Source: Chrysomallon squamiferum (taxonomy: Eukaryota; Animalia; Mollusca). Taken from it: a stretch of 64,000 nt of DNA. Within the stretch, counting starts at the first letter, position 1, and every line of letters begins with the position of its first letter. Position numbers and translations under genes: made by a program. A model generated the notes under the pieces. The model was given only the letters and a program-made list of their open reading frames with translations. It searched no databases and was not told the DNA's origin. Of the stretch, positions 1 to 22,660 are shown in pieces. The stretch spans positions 13,826,001 to 13,890,000 of the forward strand of contig CM022670.1 of the NCBI GenBank assembly GCA_012295275.1, written 5' to 3'.

Positions 1-117
1 GTGTGTGTGTGTGTGTGTGCGCGCGCGCGCGCGAGTATAGGCAGCAGATAAAAAATTGAAGCAATCAAAAGATATACACACAAACACACACAGATACTTT
101 TTTGTTGTTGTTGTTAC

Positions 118-7712
<7,595 letters not shown>

Positions 7713-8198
7713 TTTCGTTGTAGGTTTTTTAAATTTTTTGTTTTTTTTACTGTGTATCGTCTGCTGTTGGTAACGCTTAAAATAAATTTTAGATATTATT
7801 AGTTATAATTTTTAACGGTTCTTGGTACTTATGGTTTATTTGTATATTTCTACATTCCTTTTAACTGTTGTAATACTATAAATTTATAAATGGTATTTCA
7901 AAATTCTGATCAGAGGAAAGAATTATCTCAAACATATCAAAGAGCAGACGACGCAAGCTATATGTTTAGAGCGTTCGTTCAATGCGCAGTAACTGTCTAA
8001 GTGTCTTCTATTTCCCGATCCAAACAATGTTCAGTATTTTGTTTATGAAATGTAATGTATGCTCTTCCTGCCGTCAGAAAATTACAATTAAACTATTCCT
8101 AACAGACACCTAATAATATTAAACTGTATTAAATGATTAAACATTGAAACTTTCAATCGTTTATATGGGTGTAAAAGTAAGATGTAATAACGAATTTG

Positions 8199-8239
<41 letters not shown>

Positions 8240-10830
8240 TCATCATTTTGTTCTTTAAAAGATATTATTTTTATTCTTGTCTTTCATTACAGCAGATTTC
8301 GATGATTTAAGTTATTTATTTATTTATTATTATTATTTTTTAAAATCATAAGTGAAGGTGGACTTTGACAAAGTTTGAAAACTGAAAAACAAGCACTATC
8401 TGTCTAAAAATAGATTTTAACCCATTGACGCTACTGAACAATGATAAGTTACGTAACTGTTAATAGTCATGAAATATCAGCTATGTAATCTGCGTACTCG
8501 ATCGAATACCAGTGGACTATAGAGATATCTAAATAAATTTTTGAAGAAAAAGAAAATAATAATAATTCAAACGATAAAATAAAATAATATTATAATAAAG
8601 GAAAAAAAATTAATTAGTATGTGCTCTTTTTATTTTTTCTTATTTCTTTCTTCTTTTTAAAACAGTTTTGTTTTGTGCGTATTTCAGCATATATAGAATA
8701 TTTACAAATTTAATTTAAATATATCGGAAAAAAAAACAAAAAACAACGGAACATTGATTATAAAAATGGATAACAATTAACTTTTAAATTACACTTTCAG
8801 TGATTTTATAGTATTATAAAACAACACGCCTGAATGTATGAAGTATAAAAATTAAACATTATTTTTTTTTATCATTTGCGGGAAATGAAACATGCATTCG
8901 AAATAAAATCTATTAACTTCTTTATAAAGCTTATTTATACAGACTATTATTTGAGATAAACATCACCTTCCTACTCAGTTCGTCCCTCCCTTTGTCATTA
9001 CAATATTACTAACAAAACTAGTTCAGTGTTATTAAAATTTACATCTTATTAAACAAAGGTTATCAATATCAAATTTTCTTCCAAAATTTAAGAGAAAGGG
9101 GGGCTCATACCAAGACTAATATGGGTTTTGTCCACTTACCAACAATTGTACACGTGTTCACACGGCTGGAAATTTTGTTTGTTTGTTTTTAAAACAAACC
9201 TTCTCAACCAGCATGCAAATAATACAAGTACACTTTCGTCAATAACCGTGCATGTTAGTAAAATCTATAAGACAGTCTAACCTATGTTATCAGAACCGGA
9301 TTAAACTGGTAAGGAAATAATAGTGAGAAACTTTGATCGACCCGATTCAAGCATGTGGACTTTATTTGACAGCATTTGTCACATTCAGTGGGCTCGAAAT
9401 GTTTCTGCTATTTCGTACGACGCTGGGAACATCTGCTGACGTGTTGCGTATTTTAATTATTATCATCGACTAGCAGCTAGGCGATTCGAGTCAACTGCTG
9501 ACAGGTGTTAGTGCAACGTAATCGTCCACGCAATCGAAATGTTTATAGAGATGTACAGAAACTTAGAAAGGCTCACTCCACGGAATTTACGTCTTATTTC
9601 ACATTATTTAAAAAATAAAAATAATAAATAAATAAAGTTTACAAAAACGTTGAACAAAATTTATTAACTAGAAAGATGCTTCTAAGCGGCCCAATTCAAA
9701 AATAACACAAGCAAAATATAACATTCTTTTTAAACAACAAGGTTAATTAAAAATAAAATCAATAATAATGTACTGTAAAATTAAATAGTGAGTAAATAAT
9801 TTCGGGAATGAAGATATAACAAATAAATAATGTATACAAGAGAACATTTAGTTTTGTGATCTTACAAAAACTGATACTGTATTGCAACACATATTTAACT
9901 ATGCAAAAAGCATTGTTGAAAATCTGTTAAATGTACACTGGATATACATGTATACATAATTATTAAAAATTAAACAATAAAATAAAAACTTATTGTTAAT
10001 TAAAATCATATGCTGGGAATCTGAACCCCAGTGCAACTAATTTTGCACAAAGGGATTGGAATTCATGATTAGTTTCATAAAAACCTGACTCGACATGTTT
10101 GAGTAAGTGTAACCAACAGTGCAAAAGTTGTTATAAATTCAGACTTTGTCATTTATCTACAGGAAAACTGTAATAGCATCAACTGCAGATGGCAAAATTC
10201 TTTATATTATTTTATTACTTCAAAAAAACAAAAACAAAAGAAAAACACAACATAAACCAGTCAGTATTAGATAATTAATGGTAACAGACAACTGATAAAA
10301 TAAAAACCTCAAAATTGTAACAAATACACTCTAATTCTCTGTGCAAACATTATATAAACATTTCTTGCCTAGTTAAATTATTTATATTATTATTAACAAT
10401 ACAATAAGTTGTAATCTTTTACTTCATAAAAAATAAAAACCAATTTGAGTGACAAATAAATGATCGTATGTTACTGGTAAATATATTCAAAAAACATTAT
10501 TAGAACCACAGCTTTCATCATGCAAATAAATTTAAAAAAAAACAACAACACAACAAAAACCAAACATTTCTTAAAAAACAGTTATAAAGCATTAAACAAA
10601 CGTCAAAAGCATCTGGTTTTGGTAAAATCTGTGAAGTATAGATTTGTTCTAAAACATTTATGATGAGTCAGATAAACTGTAATCAAAATATTTACACCAA
10701 ATATTTCACAATAAACATAAAATGAGAACCAAGTTATAGTTCAAAAGTTTAGGAAAATGATGTTGGTGTTTTAAAAATAATAATTAAAAAAGGAAACTGT
10801 AACAGTCCTTTTCCACAACAAAAACGAACA

Positions 10831-10873
<43 letters not shown>

Positions 10874-13800
10874 GTTCAGAACATCCCCATAAAAAATAAC
10901 ATTTAAATCTGAAATCATATTTAAATAATCACTGTTGAATATAATTATGCACAATTAAGACAGTATCAAAGTATTAAAAACAAAATCATCAAATCAGTTA
11001 TATCACAATATTATAACAGAATACAGTAATCACCATTAACAATAAACAGAATTATTATTATGGATTATACTGTTTTATTATGTGATTATCACCAATATTG
11101 TTTATATAACGAAAAATATAACCACCAACTTTTTATTAATATAATAACTGTTATCTGAATGAAGTAACAGTTTGTTAAATATAAATAGCAACAAAACAAA
11201 TAGCCTTATTCAGAATATATTTTTGTATGCCACTTTTTGTTTTTATTAAATATAAATTAAAAAATGTATTAATTTGTTTCAGAATTCAGTACAATGTTTT
11301 TATTTTAATTATATATATATTTTCTAAAGAAAAATAAAACAATTTTTAAGATTTATTTTTATTTATATTACTTATTTAATACTGTTATTAAGGTCAATGA
11401 GAGAATAATTAAACTTAAGAATTATTAAAATAATGCCATATGTGTTTACTACAGGTTTTTTTTTCATTTTCTTAAAAAAATCAAAGTAACTGTTCTTATT
11501 AAATAAAAACAGTAATTAGATAAGCTGAATTTATTACAGGACATGTTTATATGAAAATTAAAGTTTTTATTTTTCAAAAAATGAGTTGCAGCAGTACAAA
11601 AATGTGTTGATCAAAGGCAAAAAATATAATTACTGGTAGCACATTAAATACAAACAAAGGAAAAGATTAATTATTTTTTTTGACCTTTCTTTTGTTTAAT
11701 ATATTAAAATATACAAATATATACTCAAATTCATGCCCACTCACTCTCAGACACATCACTGACACAGAAAAATACAATACACACACAGAGGGACTTTTAG
11801 GGTACATGTTAAAAACAATTTAAGAAGCACTTTTTGATGTTACTGAAAATGAAGCATTATAATGTACATAAATGCAGAATATATTCTTGTTACAATTTCT
11901 TTTGGAAAAGAAGGAAAAGAATTCTTTACATGAGAAAATTTACACATTTTCTTATTAATGTTATTATTTTTGATTGTTCTTGTTTTGGTATTTGAAGTTC
12001 ATTTAAATGATAACAGTTTTGACATTTCATCACATTGATAACAACTTCACTTCAAGACTACATATTTCCTTATCTGTAAGGTTTATAATGTAAATATTTT
12101 AATATTAAAATGTTCTAAAAACAATTAAAAAAAAAAAAAAGAAGAAATAAACTGAATAAATAAATAATAATATAAAACAATAAAACAATAAATAAATATA
12201 TAAATAAATACATAAATAATAATAATAAAATTAGAAAAAACACACTATAAAAAGAGAACTCAAAAAATTTATATATAAAGTAATAATAAAATTAAGAAAA
12301 AAAAAATCAATAAAGAAAAATATTTAGAAAGTAATTTCAACAAATTTAATTAATAAATAAAACAAATCCAATAATAATATCAAAATGAAACGGCCTAAAC
12401 GTAGATAAATGTAATGAATCTAATAATGTCGTTCCACTTTAAAAAATACGCACAAAAAAACAACAACAAACAAATGTTATCATCTGGTGTCAAAGTCCAG
12501 GATTTGCAACGTCAATTTGTATTATGAACCCACTTAGTCCAATCAGTTTTAAAGTTTAGTCACATCTACCTTAAAGTGACTTTGGAGTGTCTCATTGTAT
12601 GTTCTTCCATGCATGAATGATGTAAAGGTGTTTTTTTTTTTTTAAATCTGAGCATTTGTATGCATGATAATAAACAGAAGTGAATTTAACTGTCACCAAC
12701 ATGTCATAGGCTGTAATTTTTTCCAATTATTAAAAATCACTATAAATATACAGATGAAATATATCTTTATAATAATAATATGATGCAAAATACCGTTAAA
12801 AATCAATAACTAGATGGTTGTATGTTTTTTTCATCACTTTTTTTTAAAAACAATTATATATAAAAAAAGAAATAATTGCAGGTGATGATACAAACATGTC
12901 ATAGAACTATATAAAATTGTTAAAAGCACATTAAAAATGGGATAAATTTTTGACTAGATTCTATTTATTATTAACATCAGTTAAGAAACATATCTATATT
13001 TATTTGAATTAGCATTTTGTTTGGTTCCATTCAATGATTATATAATAACAGCCTATTACATAACAGGGTAAAAGCAAGCAATTTAAATATGTCATAACTT
13101 GAACATAACAAACCTCTTAGTATAATTGATATAAAATTTTCTGAAAAGAAAATGGAAGATATGATTATTATTTGGAATGATTTAATATTTTGTCACAGTC
13201 ACTTTTTATTAATAATTTATTATGAAATAGTTTATTAATTGAAAGTCTTTCACTAACTTATTTCACAGTGTAACCATATCTCCTGAACTGTTTTAACCAA
13301 AATGTGTTTGTGTGTTTGTGAGTGTGTATATGTGTATGTATCTCATGCATCTGACTTGCAGTTTTTAATTATCAGCAGCAATTTTACAGTTATAGTTTTC
13401 CTTAAATTTAAAAATCTCTCGAATTTTCAATAGTTTTTATTTTATTTTTTTAAATTTAAAAACATTTGTATTTTTTTTACATTTCTGCCCTGAACATATT
13501 ACTGATAAAATGATCAAGGAAAGAAATACTATAATATCAGCTTTCCACAATATTCTTTTTGTAGTAGCTAATTTCTTAACTACAAAGGGTTGTATGTATT
13601 TCTTTGAATGTTTTGTTGCAGAATTTGAAGATACCAAAACAAAATTGATAATTCGAGGCAGCAATAAAGATTAATTAAAAGTAGCTGTATTTTTGTTAAC
13701 AAATAGAATAAACAAATACTGAACATTTGCAAATTTCTGTTTCACTATTAATATAGTTTTTATTTGCCCCCTTTAACAGCCATTTATTGCAGATTAATTA

Positions 13801-14127
13801 TAATCATGCCCTGGATAAACAAAATTGACATTCCCATTTAAAAACATAACAATGTATAAAGCCTTTAAAGGAAACATGCAAAACAAATAATCTGTAATAA
13901 CAAAAAGTTTACAACAACATTAACTATTATTATAATGCTGCATAATATACTGGAAGTCTTTAGAAAATATTAGCAATCTTAAAACTATTAAATATGTGAG
14001 ACTGCTTCACATAAAGGTATATTTCTGTTTGTAATTAATTATGTATTAACAATGTGAAACTGATTCATATAAATCTATATTTATCATTGTATATATTAAG
14101 GATTGAACATATCAGTCTAGTTTTTGT

Positions 14128-17100
14128 TTATTCTACAGGTCTGGGTAGAAGACCAAACTTTTCTGGCTGGAAGAAGTATTTTTTAATACACTCAACAATG
14201 TCGTCCAGTTCCTTCTGGGCTCCTGCCTTGTCCAGTCTGAAAGTAGAGAAAAAATAACAGTGTAAATTGTGTATGTGCACATTACCAAGCATTGTGTGCC
14301 TAATTTACCCTGAATGTAATATATCACCTGGCCCAAGTATAGATAGATATCAGTTGCCATAAATATCACTTACCTAAGCATACTCAAGAATATTAGGTAT
14401 CAACTTACCATAAATATAAGGTAATTATTACATATGCCTAATTTAATCAAGAATATTAGATATATTATTTACTCTGAGTATAATGTATCATAAATAAACA
14501 TAATGTATCATATAAGCTGCATTATACATGTAATTTAATCAAGAATTTTAGATATATTATTTACTCTTGAATATAATGCATCACTTACTCCCTATCCTAC
14601 ACCTTACTCAACAGTATATGTCTCTTACCATGAGCATCACTTACCATAAATATAATGTTATCACACATTCTGCATTGTATAAATAATTTAATCAAGAATT
14701 TTAGATATATTATTTACTCTGAACATAATGTATCACTTAATCTGTATCCTGTACTTTACTCAAAAGTATTGTTTCTCTTAGGTATCACCTGTCTTGAATT
14801 ATAATGTATTGCTTTCAATGGCATGTATCACTTATCCTGTACCCAGTTTTTGTGACTTGAATGGTATGTATGACTTACCCACTTCCTGGTTTGGTTTTGT
14901 GTTCAGTGTAGTATTTGATTTTTGGTTCAGTACCACTGGTCCGCAGAGTTGCCGTGCAACCGTTCTCGAATGTAAATGTTATCATCTGACTCGATTTGCT
15001 AACTGGAAGTAGCTGTAAAAAAAAAGGTAAGAATTTTTTCTACTAATTCTGTTAAATACAAAATAAGTAAATAAATAAATAATAAAAACAAACAAATCAG
15101 AGTAGATATGAAATCAATAATAATTTTTAATAAAAAAAAAAATGTAGCTACAAAAGTATTTTTTGTTTTGTAAGGTTGCTGAAATTTAAATATCCTAGTT
15201 CAGACACTTTAGAAGTGGGTGGTTTATAAAGAATCTTACAGGAACTCCATCAGGTCTGCTGCTGTCAAATCCAACAGTTAAATCTCTCACATACTTGATT
15301 TTATACGGTCCACAGGTTGTAGGATACTGAAAGTGAAATAAAATAAAATATAGTGTAGTGTAGTGTAGTACAGTATATATATAGTATGGTATAATAGAGA
15401 ATAGTACAGTATAATAAAATATAATATAATATAAAAAAAATTAAATGGAATAATATAAAATAAATAAGAAAAAAAGCTAGATGAAAAATAAATAATATAA
15501 AGTTTAATAATAATAATAATAATAATAATATATAAACCTAAAAATGTAGAATGCTTAAATGGATTAATAAAATAATCAGTGCAAAAATATTTTTAAGTTG
15601 ACATTTTTAATAACATAATACTTGTTAGAGACGAAATTTTAATTTTATTATACATAATACACACAATGTGTTTCTGAAAAATAAACATTTACATAAGTGA
15701 ATCAATAATCAATACGTTACATAGGTTTTCTGTTCTTTTAGTGTTTATATATCATTTTGTTCTTAATAACGTGACATGTCTTGTGTGTGTCTGTGTGCTC
15801 TGCTTATGGGGGGTATTGATTATAATCATCAATATATATGTACAGCTAAAGAGATAACACATAAATATGAAAATACAAACAGAAATGCAGATATTTTTTA
15901 AACACTGACCTTTCCATTTCCCTCCATGTTTCTCAGAGATTGAAACATCTCATTAATAACATTAGCATCATAGCAGATGAAGTAGGAATTGCTTGACAAA
16001 TGATATCCATATCTGTAACAAGTATAAATATTATCATATTACCTAGAGTAATTAATATTATAAATGTTAACTGCTTGTCAGTATGTGTCTATAATTACTT
16101 ACAACTCTAGTATTTGTCTTTTATACTTTTTTTTCCTATATATATTTTCTAACTAGTGGTCTATACATATATATATATAGCTTACAGGTCTACTTGCTAA
16201 GGATATTTTGACAACTAGTATGTATGTGTGTCTCTCTCTATATATAAACACACCCACACACACACACTTTAGTTGTTTACTCATATAGTATAATACTTAC
16301 GTGCTGTAGATATTTTCTAACTGCTGGTCTAGTGTAAGACCCTTCTTGTACAGGTGAGTTGTCAGTTCTGCACAGACCACAGAGCCACTGATTCCATCTT
16401 TGTCCAACACATTACACCCACACATAAACCCTTGAAAACAAGCATCATTTCCAATTAATTCTCAAAACAAACATCATTTCTAAATAATTCTTAACAACAA
16501 ACATCTTTCTTAATTCATTTTTACCATTAACTTAAAACCCTAGAACAGGATAGGTTAATGGATTTCAATTAACATCGTTATTATCCCTCATCACATCACC
16601 TACTGGTATTCAAAAGTTCAGTATATGAATAAATCAGTATTGTTATACATATAAACAATAAAAGAAAACACATATAACCTGTATCTACATATCCCTACAT
16701 ATAATTTAAAAATAAAATTAAGATGTTCGAAACTTGAACCATTATGAATGACAAAAATTACCTTCAGTATTTTACAACCTACGTTATATTTCAAGGACAA
16801 TCAACATTTGTTTCTTACCAATGGCCTCTTCAAAAGCTAACAGGACTGTTTTCCCTTTCTTCATAAGCTTGTCTGCTTTATTTGCCATCCACTTGAAACC
16901 AGTCAACGTTTCCTAAAATATATATAATCAAGTATGTAGACAAATATGTTATATTTAAAATGCAAATGCTGTGGTCAGTATGGATAGACAGTAATAAATG
17001 TATTAAGTTTTTATTATTATTATTATTAATTTAAAAACATTAATCCATATATCTAATTACTTTATCCTTATGAATAAATAAACATGTCAGTTGATTAGAT

Positions 17101-18106
17101 TAGCAGTCTTAAGATCTTCATAATTCTGCCCTGCATGGAAGTCTGGTTTGTTGTGACTGCACACTATATACACAGTACTATCAGATGTCATTCTCTCTAA
17201 CTCTGTTTCTCTCTTGCACACAGGTCTGATTACCTCAAAAGAAAATCCTTCCTTCTCTGACATGGTATGTAGAATTTTTGAAGACACTGTGCTAGAAATC
17301 ATGTACACATCTTTAACTGAAATAATTGTCAATAAAAATTAATTTGTTTTCTTCTATACGTTAGAAATAAACTGGAATGAACCACTCTAATTTTAACATG
17401 GAAAAAGGATATCAATTAATTTCAATCATTTGCAAACAGAAACCAACAGTTACCCAGTAAGAAAACATAGGCACAAGCTCTCACTCAGAGACAAATACAT
17501 AAATTAATGCATGCAAATACACATACACTTATATATATGAGCCGTATCTTATCAAATCATCCAGTACAAAAGAATATTTTTTTCTTTATTGCCAGGTCAG
17601 TCTATATTCTATTCATTACAGACAACAAAGCTATCACAACACTTTGTCAACAGAATTTGGTATTTCAAAGTCTCCACAATAAACATTATGCAAGAACATA
17701 ATTTAAATAAATATTCATATTCAGTCATATTTCATAATAAACTTTCTTCTTACCATTAGCATTAGGCTGTTTCTGTTTAAAACAGTTCCACAGCCACCAT
17801 CCTAGCAGTGCTCCTGTTTCATTCCCACTGAAAATCTTCCACTCTCCACTGAAATGCAAAGATTATTTTTCTTTATGAACCTGACAGTGTTAAAAATTTT
17901 ACTAGCCTCAAACAAAAAGTCTTTGTTTACAATCGATAATTTTCTGATTATTTATCTCTTTGGAACCTCCACTGCATTCAGTAACTAGGTTGAAAAAGAT
18001 GTTTAACTTTCTTATTATATCCAAGAATGTTAATGTCCCAATCCTGACATTGTGCTATATCATAGGCTATGGTTAGTACTTTCTTGTCCATATAATAATA
18101 GGTAAG

Positions 18107-18139
<33 letters not shown>

Positions 18140-18741
18140 CTATTATCCCATGTTTGCACTCTGTCATGCATGAAGTGAGCTATTTCATATGCATTTTAGT
18201 TAGCTGACTAATCAAATAATTGTTGTTTACCTTTTTGTTTTTTCAGCTACAGCCAGCCTGTCTGCATCAGGATCATTTGCAATAATAACAGGACTTCCAT
18301 TCTGATCTGCTGTCTGCATGGCTAATAGCTGAAAAAAACAATAGGTTTATTCAGTTAAACTATTGTTCTGTAATAGTGATTATTATGTAATGGAGCCACA
18401 TTACTGAACCAAAGTCCAGACATTTTCGGTAACAGCCTATTTTAATAGGCAGTTTGAATCATTCCAAGTTCATCCAAGTGTTGTAGTATCATCAAACGAA
18501 ATATGTAACTTCAAAGGTTGAAAGTTCTGAGATCTAATCCTGGTTGTTACTCTTACTTAATTGTATATAATGATGTAAATAAATATTTCATACTCTCATT
18601 AAGTTAAACTATTTCAAGCATGTTATAACTGAGTTACTGGTAATTAAGAACCAAATATTCATATTTACCAGTGCACCTTTGCCTTCTTCTGGGTTGGGAT
18701 ATTTGACTGTGGGAAATTCAGGATCAGGATTAATCTGGAAA

Positions 18742-18772
<31 letters not shown>

Positions 18773-20277
18773 ATATAATAATAAAATTTTATTATCTCAA
18801 TTATCCCAATCCAGTGCAGGAATGTATAATATATATGGTCACAGGAGTAAATTTAGAGAAATATGAAAATATCTTTCATTTAAAAAAAAAGAAACTGTTT
18901 ATTTAACACAGAGTATTTGTGCATGGAATGTGTGTAGGTGAGAATGTCTTGATGGGTGAGTGTGTGTGTGTGTGCAAAAATGATCAATAAATGTACATAT
19001 TTTTAAATCTCATTAAACCAAGCATTACAGAACAACAACCAGAATTAACTGACCTGCTGTTCGACAGGAATTGGTGGTGGAAAGTTAAAGGCTTTGAATG
19101 CTTCCAGGACATATTTGTAACCAACTCCATGCATTGCTGTGTATGTGAACTTCACTGGGGAGGAATTATTGGTGTCTCTGGAGGAAAGGTAACATTGTAA
19201 AAATTGATATAGTAATGAACACATGTATACATATAGAAAGAGGCCAACAAAGAGACAGAGGAAGAGAAAGAAAAAAAAAGGAAAAAATGGAATAAAATAA
19301 CAGTAATACTACAAATAAAATTTATTTGTTGCAAATTATTAATGATAATTTAAAAATGGGGTTAAAAAAAGAAAAAAAAAGAGTAGTACACAATAGGATA
19401 ATGTTTTTCATTAAAAGAAAGTGATGATAAAAATAATAAACAGAATGAAAGATACAGTTTAGCAGTTATTACTAAATATCTTTAAATCATATACTTTTAG
19501 CAGGGTAAACAAAAATATTTTAATACATTCAGCATTATTCAAATAATAGCTTTTATTTGTGTTTATTTTTCAAACTTTTCTAATAATAAGGCATGGCTGA
19601 AATATGCAAAACCAACCTAAAGAAGCTATAAACACTTAAACCAGTATGGCTAAAAATATTGATAAAAAGTCAGCCATTTTTATGATAAAATACTGAATAA
19701 ATCTCAAAATCAAGAACAACAACTCTGTCTGAACAGTACCCACTTGGTGCAAGAGAGTGACAATACATCTTTGTTGTAGGATTTCAATATATCCTGTAGT
19801 GGATCCTTGTAAAGAGGACTGCCATCTAGGATACTGATGTTCCAAGAAGCTGGCAATGGCTCAAGATTGGCTAAGATTGAGGAAGAAATTCCTTTATCTA
19901 TGGGTGAAATAATCTGAAAAGAAAATGATTTATTATATTACTTATTCAGTTAATTTCATTCATTTGTAATAAAAGCCTTACGTTATATGATTTCAAAATT
20001 ATGGAAAAGGGAGAAATGTTTTATCATGTAATTATATAAGAAAGGAAATCACAGAAATAATAATCATAATAAAAATAATAATAATAATAATAATAATGAT
20101 GATGATGATGATGATAATAATAGCAATGACAATAACAATAATAATAATAATAAAGTAAGTATATAAATACCTGTGCTCCATTTGTCCAGTACACCTGAAA
20201 CAAATAAGACATTATCATGAAAATAAATGTTTAATTATCACTATGTTATTCTTACAAAAATAGTAAGAAAAAGACTG

Positions 20278-20349
<72 letters not shown>

Positions 20350-21187
20350 TGAAAAAGAAACACACAATACAATATACCTTATATCCATTATCTTCTTTTG
20401 GGTTGTGTGAAGCAGTGATCATTATTCCACACACAGTACCAAGATGCAAAACAGAATAAGGCTAAAAAATTAGGTAAATTTAAATAATGATAAATCATAT
20501 CATTGAATATAAAGTAATCAGAATTATTATTATTATTATTTTTAATATAATGAACACTGAGTCTTAAAAATTATAAAGATGAAAAGGTTCTTACATAAAA
20601 TTTAAAACAACATAAAAATGTTTTATTTAATGATGTAAACTATTTTATCATTACTGGTTGACTTTTATAAACAAATAATAAAATGTAAAAAATTGAGAAA
20701 TAAGATACAATTAAAGATATAATCAAGTTAAAAAGAAAAATTAATATGAATAAATAAAAATTGTAAGCAAAAGAAAAAGAAATACAAAAATAATATCATA
20801 TATGTAGCTGTAAGTAAATAACTTTATAAAAATTACAAAAAGTACCTACCACATATGGTGTAGGTACAACTGTAGAGAAGTTGTAGACTGGCACACCTTC
20901 ATTAACAATAACTGTTGCTGTGAGTTTGCTCCACCTGCAGATACATCAACACAGTCATGTTAGATTATTCTTACTAAAAATTAAACAGTCAACAACAGTA
21001 TAAAATAATTACACTAACCATAAGTCTGACACTAGGATTCAAAGGGATACCACTGTTAGTCCTTTAAGTTAATTGGTAAAAAGTATTTCAAACCTATTAG
21101 ATAAAAATTAGCTATCCTGAATATAGAAGGGATTGTCTATGACAATTGGTTTTAATAAGCACATCACCCCAGATGCTTGTCCCAATG

Positions 21188-21220
<33 letters not shown>

Positions 21221-21450
21221 AAAAGCCATATACATACATATATATATTTTTTTGTCTTTTAATTTACTGTAAACATAAAAAAAGAAACATACCTACTGCT
21301 GTTGTGTCGTCCATCATAACCAATGACTACACCTTTTTTTTTAACATTGGGACAACTTTGTAACAGATATTTCACTAGTCCCTGAAATAACAAATTCAGT
21401 TACAAACAATGCACACAGATAATCCATAGTTGTAAAATTGTACAAGTTTT

Positions 21451-21523
<73 letters not shown>

Positions 21524-22620
21524 AACACAAACGTAAACCTAAACCTATATACACAACAGTTTCTAAAAGGTTAAAAATATGATATCATTATTATTATTAA
21601 TGAGTTTCTGGTTGTGATTCTAATTCAATGATTCTAACCTCATTAATCAAATATTAAGTTTATGTAAAGGCAAACGAATGATTGGAGACATTCCCTGATA
21701 TATGTGCAACCTATTTACATACATCTTTATTATTTGTTTTAGTTTGTGTGTTTTTTGTGCAGGTGTACTTGAACATATCTATGTTTTGACTTATTTATGG
21801 TTTTGTAGAACGATCTAGTTATGTTGCACTTTACATAAAAGCCAATGAGAACAGTTGACAAATATATTTCTTATCATGAGCACAATTTCTGATTTTCACA
21901 TTTTAACTTGTCTGTGATAAAGATATCTTAGGATACACTCATCATTCTAGTATGGATCGATGGTTCCTACAATCACTATTAATTACTACTACTACTTCTA
22001 CTACTAATGTTACTATTATTATAACTACTATTACTATTAATTACTATTTCTGTTACCACTGTTATTCCCACATAAACATGTTTAACAAATACTTGTATGT
22101 ATTTTCCTGTCTATGGGAAGGTGCAAATAAAATATATATTTTGCTAAAGCCTATAAAACAGCAATATCATTATTCTTCTCTCAAATCATTAACTAGGTGA
22201 GATAGATATGTTTACCTGCTATAATGTCAATAGAATGATAGTTACCTGTGTAGCTTGTATAATAGTGAGGTCATTCATCATGGAATAACCAGCTCCCATT
22301 CTTGCCCGTAAACCTGTTATTATTAAAAATTATATTATTAATTATCATTGTTAAGGATTATTGTTACCAACATGTTACAAAACCTTTAGTAGGTTTATAA
22401 ATAATCATGTATTTTTCAATTAATCTTATTTATTAATTATTGATTATTTTATTTATTTATTTATTTATTATTAGTCATATTAAATTGTATTAATATCATA
22501 TAAAGTGGGTGTTTTTTTAGTTTTTTTGTATGGCTGGACAGGTTATCCATATATATAATCATTATAATTGTAATATTGCAGTTTATTATCAGTAATTTCT
22601 TTACTGAAAAACAATCATGC

Positions 22621-22660
<40 letters not shown>

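Noticed and set aside
22211-22245. Alternative donor CAG|GTAAA 30 nt past PGM2 exon 3
   Set aside because: The extension contains an in-frame TAG and there is no evidence that it is used.
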